Below the pieces are notes generated by a model, which saw only the letters and a list, made by a program, of their open reading frames with translations, was not told the DNA's origin and ran no database searches. Shown here in pieces: positions 61,066-64,000 of a stretch of DNA of 64,000 bases. A program made the position numbers and the translations under genes. This DNA is from Candidatus Latescibacterota bacterium. GTDB lineage: Bacteria; Latescibacterota; CBDEFO01. Positions within the stretch are counted from its first letter, which is position 1; every line of letters starts with the position of its first letter. The stretch spans positions 32,001-96,000 of the forward strand of contig CBDEFO010000003.1 in NCBI GenBank assembly GCA_965237525.1, written 5' to 3'.

Positions 61066-62584
61066 AAGCCTTGTGAAAAACCCTTAGATTCAGAAAGTAG
61101 TATAGAACAAGCATTGATAAAGCAGCTCCGATGTATTATATTATGTTATTGATAATATTATACATGGAGGAAACAATGACCCCACAAAAGCAGGAACAGA
61201 CAAATCCGATGTTTCACTATTTTCAGATGGAGGATTTAGTTCCCGAGGATCATATCCTTCGTCAGATTGATGAGGCAGTTGATTTTTCATTTATACGAGA
61301 CGTTGTATCAGATTGTTATTGCCCTGACAATGGCAGACCCGGTATTGATCCTGAATTAGTTGTTCGAATGATCCTTATTGGCTATCTGTATAATTTGAGT
61401 GAGAATCGGCTCTGTCAGGAAGTGGGGATGCATGCGGCATATCGGTTGTTTTGTCATCAGACATTTGATGATGCGGTTCCGGATAGGAGCACGATCAACA
61501 AGCTTCGCAATCACAAGTGGGCATCCAGTGGGTTGTTTGAACGGATAATGCGTCAGGTAGTCCAGTGTTGCATAGATGTCGGTGTTGTGAGCGGTAAACA
61601 CCTTAGTGTCGACGGCACTCAGATACAAGCTGATGCTTCAGTGAAAAGTATTGAGCCGATAGAACCCCCTGTTTCTCTTGATGATTATCTCAAGGGAATC
61701 GGTTTTGAAGGTGATAAGACAAAGGGTAGGTCCGGGCATCCTCAGGATAAAGACTTTCATGGTGAAAAGTGGACGAACCAAACACACCGTTCGACTACAG
61801 ACCCCGACGCGCGCTTATACAGCAAATCGAAGGGCAAAGGGGCTTTTCTCTCGTTTATGGGCCATGATCTGATCGACACAAAAAGCAGAGTAATCCTTGA
61901 GACTCAGGGCACGCAGGCGACAGGGACAGCAGAGCCCGAAAGTGCCCTTAAGATGGTAGATGACCTTGAAACATACACCATGCCCAAAGACATTCAGACA
62001 CTTAGTGCCGATACCGGTTACGGTTCTGGTAATTTTATCGCTGATGTACTTGACCGGGGAATCATACCCCATATTCCTCTGCGAGCCGATGAGAAGATTG
62101 AACCGATTCCTACATGGAAAAACAAGACAAATCCAGCACATATTCAGGCCGAACGGGATAGAAAAGTGCGAGAGGCGAAAGCCAGAAATCATGCACGGTC
62201 TATCTCATTAACAGCTGACTACAAACTCTCCCGGAGACTCCCTAAACGCAGTGAACATATCTTTGCTGAAGCCAGGCAACAACACGGTATGGGACGAGCC
62301 CGTTATAGAGGACCAGCCTCACTGAATGAACAGTTGAATCTTGTTGCAACAGTACAGAATCTCAAGAGGCTTGTATCTTTCATAAGAAGGGGGAAAGCGT
62401 CTATGTGTGCCCTGTCTGTCAAAGACAGTGCACCCTGTTCTTCAAACAGCTCCTATTCCTTGCTGACCAGAACTCTGATAAGACTATTTTGCTTATTCCA
62501 CAGCAAAACGATACGATATGCTACTCTTTGACCCATAATCGGCGCTTCAGACGCTGCCTGGGACATAACTATTTCACAAGGCTT
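61066..62584 (+). mobile_element. IS1182-like insertion sequence, copy D (1519 bp; non-matching flanks)
   Basis: Same TIRs; left flank TTAA, right flank CTAA. Confidence 0.95.
61176..62531 (+). CDS. IS1182-family DDE transposase
   Basis: Intact ORF with a few private substitutions. Confidence 0.9.
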   Translation: MTPQKQEQTNPMFHYFQMEDLVPEDHILRQIDEAVDFSFIRDVVSDCYCPDNGRPGIDPELVVRMILIGYLYNLSENRLCQEVGMHAAYRLFCHQTFDDAVPDRSTINKLRNHKWASSGLFERIMRQVVQCCIDVGVVSGKHLSVDGTQIQADASVKSIEPIEPPVSLDDYLKGIGFEGDKTKGRSGHPQDKDFHGEKWTNQTHRSTTDPDARLYSKSKGKGAFLSFMGHDLIDTKSRVILETQGTQATGTAEPESALKMVDDLETYTMPKDIQTLSADTGYGSGNFIADVLDRGIIPHIPLRADEKIEPIPTWKNKTNPAHIQAERDRKVREAKARNHARSISLTADYKLSRRLPKRSEHIFAEARQQHGMGRARYRGPASLNEQLNLVATVQNLKRLVSFIRRGKASMCALSVKDSAPCSSNSSYSLLTRTLIRLFCLFHSKTIRYATL

Positions 62585-63110
62585 CTAATGCCCGGTCGAA
62601 TTCTTCTCTGGTCTCCACCTTCTCCGCCAGAAATTCGACTCCCCGGGAACTGAACTCTTGAACAAGGGATTGAATTTCTTCAGCTTCTAAATTTGCAAGT
62701 TCGACCTTGATAATATCGGCCATTTCGATTAAGGGTTGAAACTTTTCCTCGAAGACAAAATCATCCAGGACCATAAGATAACCCGATTGCTTCAAACTCT
62801 TACAGGCGGCTATAACCTCTTCATCGGGTTCCACATTTTCCAGAATCTCCACCGCTACCAATTCTTTTGGTATAGCACTGATAAACTCACCGACCAACAG
62901 ATTGCGCGTAAAATTGATAAAAGCCCTCTTCCCCTCGGTAAGCTGATCCATACCGATCAAAAGAAAGCTGTCAGTGATAACCCTTGATGAGGCTTGGTCC
63001 CCGTCCAGGTTCTCATAAAAGTTGTCAAGCCCGGAGCGAAATAGTAGCTCATAAGCCCAGACCTCTAGTTTTTTATCGAAGATCGGCTGTCTGGCCACAA
63101 AAACTTCCAT
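62585..63110 (-). pseudogene. EAL(-HDOD, YuxH-type) c-di-GMP phosphodiesterase, 3'-truncated by IS
   Basis: MEVFVARQPIFD, YELLFR, VEILE, LDDF, LAEKVET, then stops inside the IS end; the remainder is absent. Confidence 0.88.
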
Positions 63111-63391
63111 AGCTATACTCTCTGTCCTTCGTACCACAAGATTTTGCCAGCAAGGCTTTCGGTGAATCCCAAGAGCAACAAATTAGAAAGCTTATATAGG
63201 AACAAAAATAACACACATTATCCACAAAGTCAAGTAAAAACACAATCTTCTATATCCTGATATTTTATAATATGTTAGCTAAAGTTACATAGGTCTACAC
63301 GTACAGGCACCGTCTCGGCGTTCCTCTTGAATCAAGAGGACACTTTGGAAATCTGTGCATGTCCGCTCTATAACAGGGCAATAAAATTTCC

Positions 63392-63420
63392 TTGACAAAA
63401 GCAGTTTTCCCCATTATCAT
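63392..63420 (+). promoter_or_regulatory. Sigma70 promoter of the ArsR/SmtB gene
   Basis: TTGACA-17 nt-TATCAT. Confidence 0.65.
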
Positions 63421-63465
63421 ATTCATGAGGAAAGTTCAATTTTACAGATTGGAGTCCCTAATAAG

Positions 63466-63834
63466 ATGGATATAGTTGAGGAAAAAGAGATAGATACTTG
63501 CGATGTGGTGTTTGTGGACGAGGAGAGGATCAACAGCATAAGAGCCAATATGAAGTCCCAAGAGATAATAAACAGCCTCTCGGAGACGTTCAGTGTGCTG
63601 AGCGACCCGACGAGACTGAAGATTGTGCTGGCTCTTTCCGATGCTGAACTCTGCGTCTGCGACATTGCGAACCTTTTGAGCATGAGCAATTCTGCCATAT
63701 CACATCAGTTGAGGATTCTGAGAAATCTCAGGCTGGTAAAGTATGAAAAAAGGGGTAAAATGGTCTATTACTCACTGGATGATTTCCACATCGAAAATCT
63801 GATAGGCGAGGGATTGAAACACATGGAGGAGTAG
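63466..63834 (+). CDS. ArsR/SmtB-family metal-responsive repressor (CadC/ZiaR-like)
   Basis: LSDPTRLKI, ELCVCDIA, SAISHQLRILR, YSLDDFHI...KHMEE. Confidence 0.93.
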   Translation: MDIVEEKEIDTCDVVFVDEERINSIRANMKSQEIINSLSETFSVLSDPTRLKIVLALSDAELCVCDIANLLSMSNSAISHQLRILRNLRLVKYEKRGKMVYYSLDDFHIENLIGEGLKHMEE

Positions 63835-63851
63835 TTTTTTTATAATTACCG

Positions 63852-63869
63852 ATTGAATAGTTGTTCAAT
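63852..63869 (+). promoter_or_regulatory. SmtB/ArsR-type operator palindrome
   Basis: ATTGAATAGTTGTTCAAT, between the repressor and the next gene. Confidence 0.65.
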
Positions 63870-63889
63870 TGATTTTGTATGGAGATATT

Positions 63890-64000
63890 ATGATGTCTCT
63901 ATCAGATGTCTGTGATTTGCGCCTTAAGATTAAGGGCATGGACTGTCCCGCTTGCTCCTCCAAGATAGAGCGTGGTGTTTTGTCTTTGGATGGCGCCGAG
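63890..64000 (+). CDS. HMA-domain protein, probably a P1B-type heavy-metal ATPase (partial)
   Basis: RBS GGAG; MMSLSDVCDLRLKIKGMDCPACSSKIER (GMDCxxC). Confidence 0.8.
   Translation, partial: MMSLSDVCDLRLKIKGMDCPACSSKIERGVLSLDGAE

Overview
Bacterial (diderm, Gram-negative-type) chromosome segment in two parts; the taxon cannot be fixed from this window. (1) About 1-32.4 kb is an accessory region, almost all on the minus strand and more GC-rich by eye. It holds carbohydrate/glycoside catabolism genes: an atypical GH32, a GH127-like enzyme, an SSS transporter, four tandem secreted BNR/sialidase-fold paralogues, two more BNR proteins, an FG-GAP protein, a P450, a Gfo/Idh/MocA oxidoreductase, a DegT aminotransferase, an HpcH aldolase and an MDR dehydrogenase. 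Many duplicated gene fragments lie between them. The region ends at a 3' fragment of tRNA-Ala(GGC), a probable att site. (2) About 32.5-64 kb contains several pseudogene remnants and a CsoR-regulated metal operon (OM beta-barrel, periplasmic HMA protein, MerT-like protein, NHL protein). The MerT-like gene is missing from the ORF track: it has an in-frame TGA in a Cys-UGA motif followed by a SECIS-like hairpin, so it is a probable selenoprotein. This part also has a citE + ACL/CCS-like sucCD operon, a DUF1854/ABC pair, and a sigma54-driven tandem array of 31-aa hydrophobic peptide genes. Housekeeping genes follow (tpiA, coaE, lpxL-like, hflKC, pfkB kinase, amidase), then a collapsed recG and an SmtB/ArsR + heavy-metal ATPase start. 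Four near-identical 1519-bp IS1182-like elements with YTAA target duplications are present; one has mismatched flanks that mark a rearrangement. All calls come from reading motifs by eye; no database searches were run.
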